Shown here in pieces: positions 35,559 through 45,568 of a DNA stretch of 64,000 nucleotides; the stretch's first letter is position 1, and every line of letters starts with the position of its first letter. Location: NCBI GenBank assembly GCA_046565505.1, contig JBKHYJ010000035.1, positions 1,919 to 65,918 of the forward strand. Reading direction: 5' to 3'. This DNA comes from Blastocatellia bacterium. GTDB lineage: Bacteria > Acidobacteriota > Blastocatellia > UBA7656. Under the pieces are notes generated by a model, which saw nothing but the letters and a program-made list of their open reading frames with translations, was not told the origin of the DNA and ran no database searches. A program made the translations under genes and the position numbers.

Positions 35559-36971
35559 TTGGAAAGAAAGCACTATCATTTAATAGGCATATGCGGGACG
35601 GCGATGGCGTCGCTCGCAGGCATGCTCAGCGGGCAGGGCCACAAGGTGACGGGCTCGGACGAAAACGTTTACCCGCCGATGTCGCTTGAGCTTGAGAGGC
35701 TCAAGATTGCCGTCCGCGAAGGCTATTCGCCCGAAAACCTCGCCGACCGGCCCGACGTAATCGTCATAGGCAACGCCATAACGCGCGGCAACCCCGAGCT
35801 TGAATATGCGTTAAACGAGAAGCTGTTTTACACGTCTATGGCGGCCGTCGTCAAAGAGAACTTCATCCGGGGGCATCATTCGATAGTCGTGGCGGGGACG
35901 CACGGCAAGACGACGACCACTTCCTTGATGGCATGGGCGATGGAACGCGCCGGCGCGAACCCGTCATTTCTTATCGGCGGCGTGGCAGAGAACTTCAACT
36001 CCTCCTTCCGCGTCACAGGCGGCCACTACTTCGTAATCGAGGGCGATGAGTACGACACGGCTTATTTCGACAAGGGGCCGAAGTTCATGCACTACCTCCC
36101 TGACACCGTCATCCTCAACAACGTCGAGTTCGACCACGCGGACATCTACCGCGATCTGGAGGCGGTGAGGTTTGCCTTCAGCCGTTTGATAAACCTCATC
36201 CCCGGCCGGGGCAGCTTGATTGCTGGTTGGGACTCTCCGGTGGTCAGAGAGCTTGCGCCGCGCGCGTTCTGCCCTGTCGAATATTTCGGCGCGGGGGAGG
36301 GGCCCGGATGGCGCGCGACCGATATAGATTTCGCCGGCGACGCGACCCGATTCACAGCTATTGTCGGGGGGCAGGAATTTGCACGCTACCGGACTCCGCT
36401 CGCGGGCCTCTTTAATGTGCGGAACTGCCTGGCCGTGATTGCCGCATGCGAGCGCCTCGGCTTGGACCGTGGGGCGGTCGCGGAGGCGATACGCGAATTC
36501 AAAAGCGTCAAGCGCCGCATGCAAGTGCGCGGGCAAGTCCGCGGCGTCACGGTCATAGACGACTTCGCGCACCACCCCACGGCGGTTCAGGAGACTCTCG
36601 TGGCGGCTCGCGCAAAATACCCAGGCCATCGAATCGTCGCCGTCTTCGAGCCCCGCTCATACACGGCGCAGATCAAGTCTTTTCAAAAGTCGTTTGAAGA
36701 AGGGCTAGGCCAGGCGGACTCAATCATCATAGCCGGACTGTTCCACCCGGAGCGGTACACGGCGGATACGGCAATCTCCCCTGCTCAGATGGTCGAGTGC
36801 CTCCGCCAGCGCGGGCGCGAAGCGGAGTATATTCCCTCGGCGGCCGACATAGTCGCACACCTCGCCCCGCGCCTGAGAGAGAACGATGTCGTCGTCGTTA
36901 TGTCGAATGGGTCTTTCGGGGGCATTCACGACAAGCTGTTGAAGGCCCTCGGGGAGGACGCGACGCGGTGA
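35559..36971 (+). CDS. mpl: UDP-N-acetylmuramate:L-alanyl-gamma-D-glutamyl-meso-diaminopimelate ligase (murein peptide ligase)
   Basis: HYHLIGICGTAMASLAGML..GHKVTGSD.NVYPPMS; P-loop VAGTHGKTTTTS; Mur ligase central and C-terminal motifs (DDFAHHP). I chose the TTG at 35559 as the start (GGAGAA 6 nt upstream). The tracked extension to 35424 would overlap the divergent gene region. Confidence 0.85.
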   Translation: MERKHYHLIGICGTAMASLAGMLSGQGHKVTGSDENVYPPMSLELERLKIAVREGYSPENLADRPDVIVIGNAITRGNPELEYALNEKLFYTSMAAVVKENFIRGHHSIVVAGTHGKTTTTSLMAWAMERAGANPSFLIGGVAENFNSSFRVTGGHYFVIEGDEYDTAYFDKGPKFMHYLPDTVILNNVEFDHADIYRDLEAVRFAFSRLINLIPGRGSLIAGWDSPVVRELAPRAFCPVEYFGAGEGPGWRATDIDFAGDATRFTAIVGGQEFARYRTPLAGLFNVRNCLAVIAACERLGLDRGAVAEAIREFKSVKRRMQVRGQVRGVTVIDDFAHHPTAVQETLVAARAKYPGHRIVAVFEPRSYTAQIKSFQKSFEEGLGQADSIIIAGLFHPERYTADTAISPAQMVECLRQRGREAEYIPSAADIVAHLAPRLRENDVVVVMSNGSFGGIHDKLLKALGEDATR

Positions 36972-37007
36972 AGCCGCCGCCAAATCAGGCACAGGCCACG
37001 GCCGGGC

Positions 37008-37436
37008 CTAGTCGCTCGTGCCGGGCGTGTCCGTAATCACCGTCAACCTGCCTTTAGGCTCGATGCGGCCATGCAGGACGTTCTTGAGCCGCTTGGGGAT
37101 GAAGTAATTTGCGATGTTCGCAAGGTTCGTGACAAGGTCTTTGACGTCACGCTCGCCCTTCCAATGGTCCAAAACCACGTTGCGGTCCGCGCGGTTGAGC
37201 AGCCTCAGAATCGCTATCGCTACCAGGTATGAATCATCCACCTGCCCTATGAATGGGATGAAGTCCGGGATGATGTCTATCGGCACGATCACATACATGA
37301 TGATCCCGGCGAGTATCGCCTTATCGGCCTGGGACACGCGCGGGTCACGAAGCAGGTCATACAGCAGCTTCATCAGGTTGGGAATGAACAGCAGCATCTC
37401 GCGCATCTTCTTTTTCTTCTCGCGTCGTTCTGACAT
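37008..37436 (-). CDS. DUF1232 (YkvA-like) membrane protein
   Basis: Signature VIVPIDIIPDFIPFIGQVDDSYLVAIAILRL. I chose the ATG at 37436 as the start, with GGAGG 5 nt upstream. Confidence 0.85.
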   Translation of the reverse strand: MSERREKKKKMREMLLFIPNLMKLLYDLLRDPRVSQADKAILAGIIMYVIVPIDIIPDFIPFIGQVDDSYLVAIAILRLLNRADRNVVLDHWKGERDVKDLVTNLANIANYFIPKRLKNVLHGRIEPKGRLTVITDTPGTSD

Positions 37437-37614
37437 CCGCGCCTCCGAAGGACAGTAGAATTTGACTCGTATTTTAGAAATCAGGTCCCGGTCAGTCAAT
37501 TGGATTTAGAGGGCAGAGGGGTAGATTCTCAGAAAATTATGAGCATAGCAATTCGGAGGGCGGCTGGCGGGGTGCCGGCGGCGGTATTATGAATACCGCC
37601 GCCGGCCATAGGCG

Positions 37615-38382
37615 CTACAGTTCGCAATTTTCAAAGCTTGTGACGGTGGTCTCGACCACGCGCGAGCGCGACTCGCTTTGCGCGGCCGCCGAATCCTTGC
37701 CGCCCGTCAGGGCTGTCCGCAAGTCGCAGGCGGTCAGTTTAGGAACGACGGGCGCGCCGGGCTTCACTCTAACGAAGACCCTCACATCTTTATTGGCGGG
37801 AATACTCTTAAACATCTTGACGAAATCGAGCCTCACCCCGGCGAGGGGCTTATCCAGCCCTTTCAACCGTTCGAGGTGCGCGGACACCTCCCGCTGCGCG
37901 GCCTCAGCGGCTTTCAACGCCTCGGCATGCCGCTCGATCCTCACCTGTATCTCCCTGTAGTATGAATCAGCGCCCGCGCGCTTAACCGAACGAGCCGCGC
38001 GTGGCATGGCCTTAGGCGCCCTGGGTCCCGGCGCGCCCGCATTGATGTCCTCTACTTCGATGGCAGAGAACCGCGGCATGTACATCTCGGCGGGCCCATC
38101 TTGATCGAGCCTCGCGAGCAAAGGGTTTCCCTCAGTCGCCGCGGCGGGGGCCTCATCTGAGTCGAGACTGCTGATCGCCAATAATTCCGCCGAAGTCGCG
38201 GGCTGGTGCCCACCCCCATAGCTGCCGGCGACCTGGTTCCAGACATCGACGACCGCTGACAGGCTGGGGTTCAGGCTGACCGTGAACCCGACAGCCTTCA
38301 ACGAGAATGGCATGATGGCAAGGCTTAATACGAAGAAAGCCCCGGCTAAAGGCGCGCTTGTTGTTTTGTTTATCTTTTGCAT
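37615..38382 (-). CDS. Hypothetical secreted/membrane-anchored protein
   Basis: 255-aa ORF with an N-terminal hydrophobic segment (LAGAFFVLSLAIMPF) and a central helical segment (EIQVRIERHAEALKAAEAAQREVSAHLERLK). No family was recognised. Confidence 0.55.
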   Translation of the reverse strand: MQKINKTTSAPLAGAFFVLSLAIMPFSLKAVGFTVSLNPSLSAVVDVWNQVAGSYGGGHQPATSAELLAISSLDSDEAPAAATEGNPLLARLDQDGPAEMYMPRFSAIEVEDINAGAPGPRAPKAMPRAARSVKRAGADSYYREIQVRIERHAEALKAAEAAQREVSAHLERLKGLDKPLAGVRLDFVKMFKSIPANKDVRVFVRVKPGAPVVPKLTACDLRTALTGGKDSAAAQSESRSRVVETTVTSFENCEL

Positions 38383-38689
38383 CTCTGCCCCCGAACCTTG
38401 CGCTTGTAACGACCAAAAATCCCTCGATGCCCTTTAAACGGTGCACATTAATCAAAGTTCAATTTTTATGCCTTCAGGTTTTGCGACCCCCGCAGGGCGC
38501 GTTCACCGGGTAAGTGTCACGGGGCGCCGAAAAGTTGCAGGAATTCTTCACGCCCCTCGAAATCAAATGCCACCCGTCAGGCGCAGACAACAATAGCGCA
38601 ACTTTTACGCTGCGCTATCACGGCCATGTAAAATGGGTGTAAAAAGTTGTAAACGCACCGGCCGCCCCGACCTCCGGGCGTTAATGTGG

Positions 38690-39754
38690 CTAGTCTTGCG
38701 ACTCCGGGGCGGCCGGGTCAAAGAGGCGGCCCTGATTTATTTGGCGCCCCCCGGGGCTGTAAGCAAATCCGAAGTGCTCGTAGGCTAAGCGGGTCGCGGT
38801 GCGCCCGCGAGGCGTCCGGTTGAGGAACCCTGTCTGGATCAAGTAAGGCTCGTAGATTTCCTCTATGGCATCTTTCTCTTCGCTGATCGAGGCCGACAGG
38901 GTGCCGAGGCCGACAGGGCCGCCGTCGAATTTGTCTATTATCGTAAGCAGCAGCTTGCGGTCAATCTCGTCGAGCCCGTATATGTCCACCTCCATACGGT
39001 TGAGCGCGTCGGCCGCTACCTCGTCCGTCACGCGGCCATCATACAGAACTTCCGCGATGTCGCGCACGCGGCGCAGAAGGCGATTAACTATGCGCGGTGT
39101 GCCTCGCGAGCGCTTCGCTATCTCGCGCGCGCCGCTCTCTTCGACCGCGACGCCCAGAATCTCCGCCGAGCGGTGAACGATCACCTCAAGGTCTTTCACG
39201 GGGTAGAAGTCCAGGTGCAACGGGATGCCGAAGCGGCCCCTCAGTGGCGCGCTTATGAGGCCGGCGCGCGTTGTTGCCCCGACCAGCGTGAACTTTGGAA
39301 GCTCAAGCTTGATCGACCGCGCGGAAGGCCCCTGCCCTATGATGATGTCGAGCTGATAATCTTCCATCGCGGGATACAAGACTTCTTCGATCGCGGGGTT
39401 AAGCCTGTGTATCTCATCTATGAACAAGACGTCGCCTTCGGAAAGGTTAGTGAGCAGCGCCGCGAGGTCGCCCGCCTTCTCTATGACAGGCCCGGCCGTC
39501 GATTTGATGTCGCTCCCCATCTCGTTGGCGACTATGTGCGCGAGGGTAGTTTTGCCCAGCCCGGGCGGCCCGTAAAGCAGCACGTGGTCTAACGCCTGGC
39601 CGCGCTTGCGGGCGGCCTGAATGAATATGGACAGGTTCTCCTTCGCCTTCTGCTGGCCGATGTACTCCCGCAGCCATTTAGGCCTCAGGCTAAGCTCAAA
39701 TTCCTGCTCTTCATCCCCATCGGCGCTTGCCGATATGACTCTGTTTTCTGACAT
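38690..39754 (-). CDS. ruvB: Holliday junction branch migration helicase RuvB
   Basis: [19 protein letters not shown], Walker [12 protein letters not shown], Walker [10 protein letters not shown], and sensor and winged-helix regions typical of RuvB. I chose the ATG at 39754 as the start (GGAG upstream). Confidence 0.95.
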   Translation of the reverse strand: MSENRVISASADGDEEQEFELSLRPKWLREYIGQQKAKENLSIFIQAARKRGQALDHVLLYGPPGLGKTTLAHIVANEMGSDIKSTAGPVIEKAGDLAALLTNLSEGDVLFIDEIHRLNPAIEEVLYPAMEDYQLDIIIGQGPSARSIKLELPKFTLVGATTRAGLISAPLRGRFGIPLHLDFYPVKDLEVIVHRSAEILGVAVEESGAREIAKRSRGTPRIVNRLLRRVRDIAEVLYDGRVTDEVAADALNRMEVDIYGLDEIDRKLLLTIIDKFDGGPVGLGTLSASISEEKDAIEEIYEPYLIQTGFLNRTPRGRTATRLAYEHFGFAYSPGGRQINQGRLFDPAAPESQD

Positions 39755-40116
39755 GGAAAACTCCAAAAGTAGTAGTACGGGGTTTCTAACTATGAGTTTA
39801 CCATGACTGGCGGCCCGCGCCCAAAGCGTTCATAAATGCCGCGCGCGGCGTGTATAATAGCGCCCCCCACGGCCAGTCGCGGGCTCAGGTTTATTCCCGC
39901 GGCATTCGGCCTGGACTTGATGCTTACCTTTCGACGCCACAACAGGCCGCGCGTAGATGCGACGGCGGGGGCGGTCGTCGTTCGCGATCTAACCTCATTG
40001 TCGCGGAGTCCCGCGAAATGTATATTATCTAATCGAGCTTTCATGCAGGGTGCGGGAAGGCAGCGCGCAATGGCCTGCTATTTTCTGGATAGCCCCGGCC
40101 GCGTCTGGTTGTTCAT

Positions 40117-41448
40117 ATGGCAAGATTCCTTCATATAGCTGATATTCACCTCGGCATCAAACGGTATAACCTGCCCGACCGGACGGGCGATTTCTTCCGC
40201 GCCTGGAGGGAGGTCATCGAGCGGTACGCCATCGGCCGCCGCGTGGATTTCGTCATCGTTGCCGGCGACCTGTTCGACCGCCGCAACGTGGAGCCGCAGG
40301 CGGCCAACCACGCTATGGCGATGCTGCGCCGCCTTGAGCAGGAGCGCATCCCCGTCATCGTCATTGAGGGCAACCACGACCAGCATGAATCCACTTCGCG
40401 CTTCAGTTGGCTGCGCAGCTTCTCTCAGTGGCGCTACATCAGGCTCCTGGAGCCCGTTTGGGGGGAGGGCGGGGCGGTCAGGCTCGACCCCTGGGACGAG
40501 GAGGAGGCCGCGGGGTCTTACGTCGATATAGGCGACGCGCGGATTTTCGGCTCCAACTGGTATGGCACGACGGTCGGCAACACCCTGCCGCTGCTCGCGG
40601 AGGCGGTGCGCGAAAGCCGCCGGCCCGGCGCGACAAACATAATGCTTCTGCACTCGGATGTGGAGGGCCAGCTCAACCGCCCCATACCAAACGCGCTTTC
40701 CATATCGAAGCTCGTCACGCTCCGCGGCGCGGTCGATTACCTCGCGCTCGGGCACACGCACAAGCGGTTCGACATAGAGCAGTGGGCCTTCAACCCGGGT
40801 TCGCTCGAAGCGTGCAGCGTTGACGAGGCGGGCACCCCGCGCGGCGCTTACCTCGTGGAGACGGATGGGCCGAACATAAAGACGGAGTTCCTGCTCGCCG
40901 GGGAGGACTACTTCCAGCGCCCGTTCAAGCGCGTAGAGCACCAGGTCAGCGGCGCGGACGAGCCCGACGAGATTCGCGCCGAGCTGTTCGACGTGCTCAA
41001 GAGGGCGTGCGCGGCCGCAGACGAAGTAGAAGACGAATTCAGGCCCATCATAGAGCTGACCTTGCGCGGGCAGCTCGGCTTCAAGAATTCATTGCTCCGC
41101 CTCGACAAGCTGAAGGAGCAGGCCATCGAGGAGCTAAAGCCGCTCGGCCTGATAATCAACAACAAGACAGTCCCGAAGCTGCTGGCGGTGGCGATGGACC
41201 TGACGCGCGACGCGCCGCGCAACGAGCGCGAGCTGCGCGTGCTTGAGGACCTCATCAAATCGGACTCCCGCTTCGGCGCGCGCGCTTCGGAGATCGCGGC
41301 TATGGTGGTCGAGGCCAAGCGGCTCGCCCTCGAAGGGGAGCCGCCGGAGAAGATACTTAGCCTCATAGAAGAGAGGTTGTTCCAACCTGCGCCGCCCGAG
41401 CAGGCCGCGTCCGAGGCGGGCGCCGTCTACGCGGAAGGCGCAGATTGA
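40117..41448 (+). CDS. Mre11/SbcD-family metallophosphoesterase (DNA repair exonuclease-like) with a helical C-terminal extension
   Basis: Calcineurin-like phosphoesterase motifs: FLHIADIHLG, VIVAGDLFD, GNHD, LLHSDV and GHTH. Confidence 0.85.
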   Translation: MARFLHIADIHLGIKRYNLPDRTGDFFRAWREVIERYAIGRRVDFVIVAGDLFDRRNVEPQAANHAMAMLRRLEQERIPVIVIEGNHDQHESTSRFSWLRSFSQWRYIRLLEPVWGEGGAVRLDPWDEEEAAGSYVDIGDARIFGSNWYGTTVGNTLPLLAEAVRESRRPGATNIMLLHSDVEGQLNRPIPNALSISKLVTLRGAVDYLALGHTHKRFDIEQWAFNPGSLEACSVDEAGTPRGAYLVETDGPNIKTEFLLAGEDYFQRPFKRVEHQVSGADEPDEIRAELFDVLKRACAAADEVEDEFRPIIELTLRGQLGFKNSLLRLDKLKEQAIEELKPLGLIINNKTVPKLLAVAMDLTRDAPRNERELRVLEDLIKSDSRFGARASEIAAMVVEAKRLALEGEPPEKILSLIEERLFQPAPPEQAASEAGAVYAEGAD

Positions 41449-41469
41449 TGTTGCCGGGTAGCATCTTCC

Positions 41470-42090
41470 ATGACAAAAGCGCCTGAAGAAGGAAAAATCT
41501 GGGAATGGCGCGCGTTCGGTCGAATAAGTGAGGCCCTAGCGGCGCGCATCTTCGCTTACCCCCTGCGCATGGGCCTGAGCGACCTCCGCGGCGAAGACAT
41601 CTACCTGGTGTCGCCGGCTAGCGATCAAAATGTTAAGCTCCGCGAGTTCCCGAGCGGGTGGTTCTTGAAGTTCAAGCTCCTGCTCGCCACAAAGCCGGGC
41701 GCGGTTGAACTCTACAGGGAGAGCGCGCGATTCACGCACAGGTTCCCTGTAAGCTTAGAGCACCTGGAAGAAGCGGCGCGGCTGCTCGGGGTGGAGCTGC
41801 CCGAGCTACCAGGAGGGCCCGCCACCTTCGACGAAGAAGCCCTCGTCCAGACGCTCGTCAAATCCTCCCCGCCCGCGATCAAGATCAAGGTCAGGAAAAA
41901 GCGGTCTCAATTTCAATTCGACGGCGGGTGGCTTGAGATGGCGGACGTGCGGTTCGCCCGCAATCAGGTGCAGTCCGTGTCCGTACACTCGACGGACATC
42001 GAGGTCGTTATGGGAATGCTCGAGCGCCTCGACATCGGCGGGGAAATGGAAGCCATGAATTACATAGAGGCGTGCAGGCGGTGGGGCTGA
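41470..42090 (+). CDS. Hypothetical protein, possibly with a degenerate CYTH-like fold
   Basis: 206 aa, 21 nt after the Mre11-like gene. The beta-strand pattern WEWRAFG...IYLVS...VKLRE...FKFKLL...KKRSQFQFDGGWLEMADVRF is loosely reminiscent of CYTH tunnels, but the ExExK signature is not intact. Confidence 0.5.
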   Translation: MTKAPEEGKIWEWRAFGRISEALAARIFAYPLRMGLSDLRGEDIYLVSPASDQNVKLREFPSGWFLKFKLLLATKPGAVELYRESARFTHRFPVSLEHLEEAARLLGVELPELPGGPATFDEEALVQTLVKSSPPAIKIKVRKKRSQFQFDGGWLEMADVRFARNQVQSVSVHSTDIEVVMGMLERLDIGGEMEAMNYIEACRRWG

Positions 42091-42092
42091 GC

Positions 42093-42575
42093 ATGGCGAC
42101 GGCAATGCGAGTCGACATTCGGCGATCAAGCGCCGGCCAGTCCGAGAGGCTGACCCAAATAGCTCATGCGGCGAAACGATACTGGCGCTACCCCGAGCGT
42201 TGGATAGAGTTGTGGAAGGACGTACTCACCATCACGCCCGAATACATCTCGGATAACGAAGTCTTCTCGGCGGAACGAGGCGGCGAGGTCCTCGGGTTCT
42301 ACGCTCTGGTCAAAAGCGGAGAGAAGGCGATTCTTGACCACCTGTGGATAGACCCTGCTAACGTCGGCGCGGGCGTCGGTAGAGAGTTATTCAGCCACGC
42401 CGTGCGAAGGGCGACCGAGATGCGCGCCTCCGTGATGGAGATCGAATCGGACCCGAACGCCGAAGGGTTTTATAAACACATGGGCGCGAGAAGAATCGGC
42501 GAAACCTCTTCAGAGCTTGACGGCCGGCCGCGAATCCTGCCCGTCCTCGCTCTCGAACTCCGAAGTGAGCAGTAG
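42093..42575 (+). CDS. GNAT-family N-acetyltransferase
   Basis: Acetyl-CoA binding motif HLWIDPANVGAGVGRELFSH (Q/RxxGxG/A-like) and C-terminal DPNAEGFYKHMGA. I chose the ATG at 42093 as the start, just after the upstream stop. Confidence 0.85.
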   Translation: MATAMRVDIRRSSAGQSERLTQIAHAAKRYWRYPERWIELWKDVLTITPEYISDNEVFSAERGGEVLGFYALVKSGEKAILDHLWIDPANVGAGVGRELFSHAVRRATEMRASVMEIESDPNAEGFYKHMGARRIGETSSELDGRPRILPVLALELRSEQ

Positions 42576-42578
42576 CAG

Positions 42579-42604
42579 AGCGCGAGTTGCGCCGCGCGCT
42601 TTTA
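42579..42604 (+). terminator. Possible intrinsic terminator after the GNAT gene
   Basis: AGCGCG-agttgcgccg-CGCGCT followed by TTT, 4 nt after the stop codon. Confidence 0.4.
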
Positions 42605-42825
42605 ACCGAGCATGCCCCCCGGAGAAACCAATCTCGCGGGCCTTCAGCAGCCCCGGCCCGAGGCCGAACATCGCCGCGATCATCTGCGCTGCCCTGCTCG
42701 CGCGCTTGAACCGCGTCGCCATCATTCGTAGAGGCAGCGTCGGGCGCAATGAGCACCAGCGCTACGCAGAACTCGAATCAAAATGCGCAAGGCCAAGGCT
42801 GATTTGGCGACGCTTAGATAGATCG

Positions 42826-44886
42826 TTACTTCAACCTCGCGCCGTTCGGGACCTCTTCGGCGAAGGTCGCGAGGATGGGCCGACCGTCTTCGCCGACGGA
42901 GGCGGCCAGCAACATGCCATTCGATTCGAGGCCGCGGAGTTTGCGCGGGGCGAGATTCGAGACGACTATAATCTTCCGCCCGACGACTTCTTCCGGCGCG
43001 TAATGCTCCGCGATGCCGGCGAGGATCTGGCGCGGCCTCCCTTCCCCTAGATCGACCTGTAGCCGCAGCAGCTTATCCGCCTTCGGGACGCGCTCGGCCT
43101 CAAGCACGGTCGCGGCTCGCAGCTCGACTTTGACGAAATCGTCGATCGTTATCTTTTCAGACTCGGGCGGGGCCGCGGCCTGCGTAGCCCCGACGGGGCT
43201 CGCCACTTCAGCGGCCTTTGTCGTCGCGTGCTCGACCAGGTCGGGCAGGGCCGCCTGCTCTGAGGCTTGCTCCGAAGCCCGACCGGCCCCCGCCTCCGCC
43301 TCACCGCCTCCTGAATCGGCGCTCTTGTTTTCGATTTCTGCCATTATCTTTTCCTTATTCAGCTTCGGGAATACCGGGCTTATACGATCTATCCTCGCCG
43401 CCTGTATCGGCTCGCCCCAGCGGGCCTGGCTCGGGTTGATCCGCAGGGGCTCGCCGGCGAGCCCCATCTGCGCCCACATTTCGCGCGCGCTGTCGGGCAA
43501 CACCGGGGCGACGAGCAGCACCAGATGGCGCAGGCCCTCGTAAGCTGTCGCCAGCACGGCCTCCAACTGTCCGCGGGCCGAAGGGTCTTTCGCGAGCTTC
43601 CACGGCTGATTGTCCGTGATGAACTTATCCACGCGGGCGATCCCGGCCCACGCCGCCTCCAGCGCGCGAGAGAAATTAAACGCGCCGAACTCGGCGTCGA
43701 ATCTCGCCTTGGCCTCTTCGATCCGGCCCCTCACGTCGGCGGCGCCTTCGGGCTCATGACCGTCCGGGCGCGGCGGGATGCCGTCGAAATAATTCCGCAC
43801 CATTGTGAGCGTGCGGCTCGCGAGATTCCCCAGCCCGTCAGCCAAATCTGAATTGACCCGGTCGATCATCGCCTCGTAAGAGAAGTACCCATCCAGCCCG
43901 AAGACCACCTCGCGGAGGATGAAGTAACGAATCATGTCCGGCGTGAAATGTGAAAGAAGCTCGCCCGGGCGCACCACGTTCCCGATAGTCTTCGACATCT
44001 TGCGCCCGCCCATAAGCAACATCCCGTGGACGAACACGCCCCGCGGTATCTTTAGGCCGGCCGCCATCAGGAACGCGGGCCAGTAGACCGTGTGGAACCG
44101 CAGTATGTCTTTGCCGACGAGGTGGAGCCCCGGCCAGTACTTGTCGAACCCGTCGTACTCGTCGTTGCCCCACCCGAGCGCCGTGATGTAATTGGACAGC
44201 GCGTCGAGCCAGACGTATATCGTGTGCTTCGGGTCGTTCGGGACAGGTATCCCCCACTTGACGGACACGCGGCTGACCGATAAGTCCTTCAGGCCGCCCG
44301 CGACGAACGAGCGCACCTCGTTGCGCCTCGATTCGGGCCGGACAAAATCAGGCTCGCTGTCATAAAGCTCAAGCAGTTTGTCTTGGAACTTTGAGAGCGC
44401 GAAAAAATAGCTCTCCTCCTCAACCCTATCGAGCGGGCGCTCGTGGATGGGGCAGGCCGGGTTCTCTACTCCCGGGTCAACGTCTTTGAACTCGTTGCAG
44501 TTGCCGCAAAACCAGCCGGAGTAGTGCCCCTTGTAGATGTACCCGCGCTCGTCGAGCATGCGCCACAACTCCTGCACGCCCTTCTCGTGCGCGGGGTCCG
44601 TGGTGCGAATCCAACGGTCGTAGTCGATGCCGAGCGGCGCGAAAGCCGTCTTGAACTCCTCGACTATCTGATCGACGTGCTCTTTTACGGGCACGCCGCG
44701 CGACGCCGCCGCGCGCTCTATGTTGATGCCGTGCTCGTCGGTCCCCGTAAGGAAGAACGAATCTACGCCGCGCTGGCGCTTGAAACGTGTGATCGAGTCC
44801 GCGACCAGCGTCGTGTAGGCATGGCCTATGTGCGGTTTCGCGTTCACGTAGTAGATGGGCGTCGTGATGTAAAAGGTCTCTGTCAT
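42826..44886 (-). CDS. metG: Methionine--tRNA ligase with a C-terminal EMAP/tRNA-binding domain
   Basis: FYITTPIYYVNAKPHIGHAY (HIGH), Zn knuckle CGNCNEF...CPIH, KMSKT, and a C-terminal OB-fold (ITIDDFVKVELRAATVLEAERVPKADKLLRLQVDLG). The start is the ATG at 44886 or at 44934. Confidence 0.95.
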   Translation of the reverse strand: MTETFYITTPIYYVNAKPHIGHAYTTLVADSITRFKRQRGVDSFFLTGTDEHGINIERAAASRGVPVKEHVDQIVEEFKTAFAPLGIDYDRWIRTTDPAHEKGVQELWRMLDERGYIYKGHYSGWFCGNCNEFKDVDPGVENPACPIHERPLDRVEEESYFFALSKFQDKLLELYDSEPDFVRPESRRNEVRSFVAGGLKDLSVSRVSVKWGIPVPNDPKHTIYVWLDALSNYITALGWGNDEYDGFDKYWPGLHLVGKDILRFHTVYWPAFLMAAGLKIPRGVFVHGMLLMGGRKMSKTIGNVVRPGELLSHFTPDMIRYFILREVVFGLDGYFSYEAMIDRVNSDLADGLGNLASRTLTMVRNYFDGIPPRPDGHEPEGAADVRGRIEEAKARFDAEFGAFNFSRALEAAWAGIARVDKFITDNQPWKLAKDPSARGQLEAVLATAYEGLRHLVLLVAPVLPDSAREMWAQMGLAGEPLRINPSQARWGEPIQAARIDRISPVFPKLNKEKIMAEIENKSADSGGGEAEAGAGRASEQASEQAALPDLVEHATTKAAEVASPVGATQAAAPPESEKITIDDFVKVELRAATVLEAERVPKADKLLRLQVDLGEGRPRQILAGIAEHYAPEEVVGRKIIVVSNLAPRKLRGLESNGMLLAASVGEDGRPILATFAEEVPNGARLK

Positions 44887-44953
44887 GGTCCGTTCTTGTT
44901 CGTGATCCTCCGGGGAGTAATCTCGGCGCGGCATTCAGGCTCAAGGCTCTGGA

Positions 44954-45568
44954 CTACCTGACGTTATCGCGGATGAGCGCCATCGCCTCGCTCCTGGTGC
45001 GGGGGTCTTTCAAGAAGCCGCCCCTCAGCGCGCTCGTTACCATCTTCGAGCCGGGCTTCTTTATGCCGCGCATCTGCGCGCACATATGCTCGGCCTCGAT
45101 TACGACCATCACGCCCGTCGGCCTCAGTTCTTCGTACAACAGGTCGGCGATTTCGGTGGTCAGCCTTTCCTGTATCTGCGGCTTTTTCGCCATGATGTCG
45201 GCCACGCGCATGAGCTTCGACAGCCCGACTATCCGCCCGGCCTTCGGGATGTAGGCGATGTGCGCGATCCCGCTGAAGGGGAGCAGGTGGTGCTCGCAGA
45301 TGCCGTAGAGCGGGATGTCTTTGACGATCACCAACTCGTCATGAGTCTCCGCGGGTATGACGTGGATGAACTGGCGGGCGTCTACATGCAGCCCCGCGCA
45401 AATCTCTTCGTACATACGCGCGACGCGGCGCGGCGTCCCCTGAAGCCCCGGGCGGTCCGCGTCTTCGCCTATGCCTTCAAGGATCAGCCTGACGCCTTCT
45501 TCTATCTTCGCCAGGTCTACGGCCGTCTCCCGCCTGGCCGCGTCGCCATTCTTCTTAGCATTCGCCAT
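44954..45568 (-). CDS. folE: GTP cyclohydrolase I
   Basis: [51 protein letters not shown] chose the ATG at 45568 as the start. It overlaps the larC 3-prime end by 14 nt. Confidence 0.95.
   Translation of the reverse strand: MANAKKNGDAARRETAVDLAKIEEGVRLILEGIGEDADRPGLQGTPRRVARMYEEICAGLHVDARQFIHVIPAETHDELVIVKDIPLYGICEHHLLPFSGIAHIAYIPKAGRIVGLSKLMRVADIMAKKPQIQERLTTEIADLLYEELRPTGVMVVIEAEHMCAQMRGIKKPGSKMVTSALRGGFLKDPRTRSEAMALIRDNVR

Noticed and set aside
41470-42090. A firm CYTH (triphosphate tunnel metalloenzyme / class IV adenylate cyclase) call for the 206-aa protein.
   Set aside because: Only the alternating beta-strand pattern is reminiscent. The N-terminal ExExK signature and most acidic/basic tunnel residues are not evident, so the family assignment is left open.
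42510-42749. A 79-aa minus-strand ORF in the 250-nt gap between the GNAT and metG genes.
   Set aside because: It overlaps the 3-prime end of the GNAT gene and its terminator-like hairpin, and it has no recognisable motif or RBS. A decayed gene fragment cannot be excluded.
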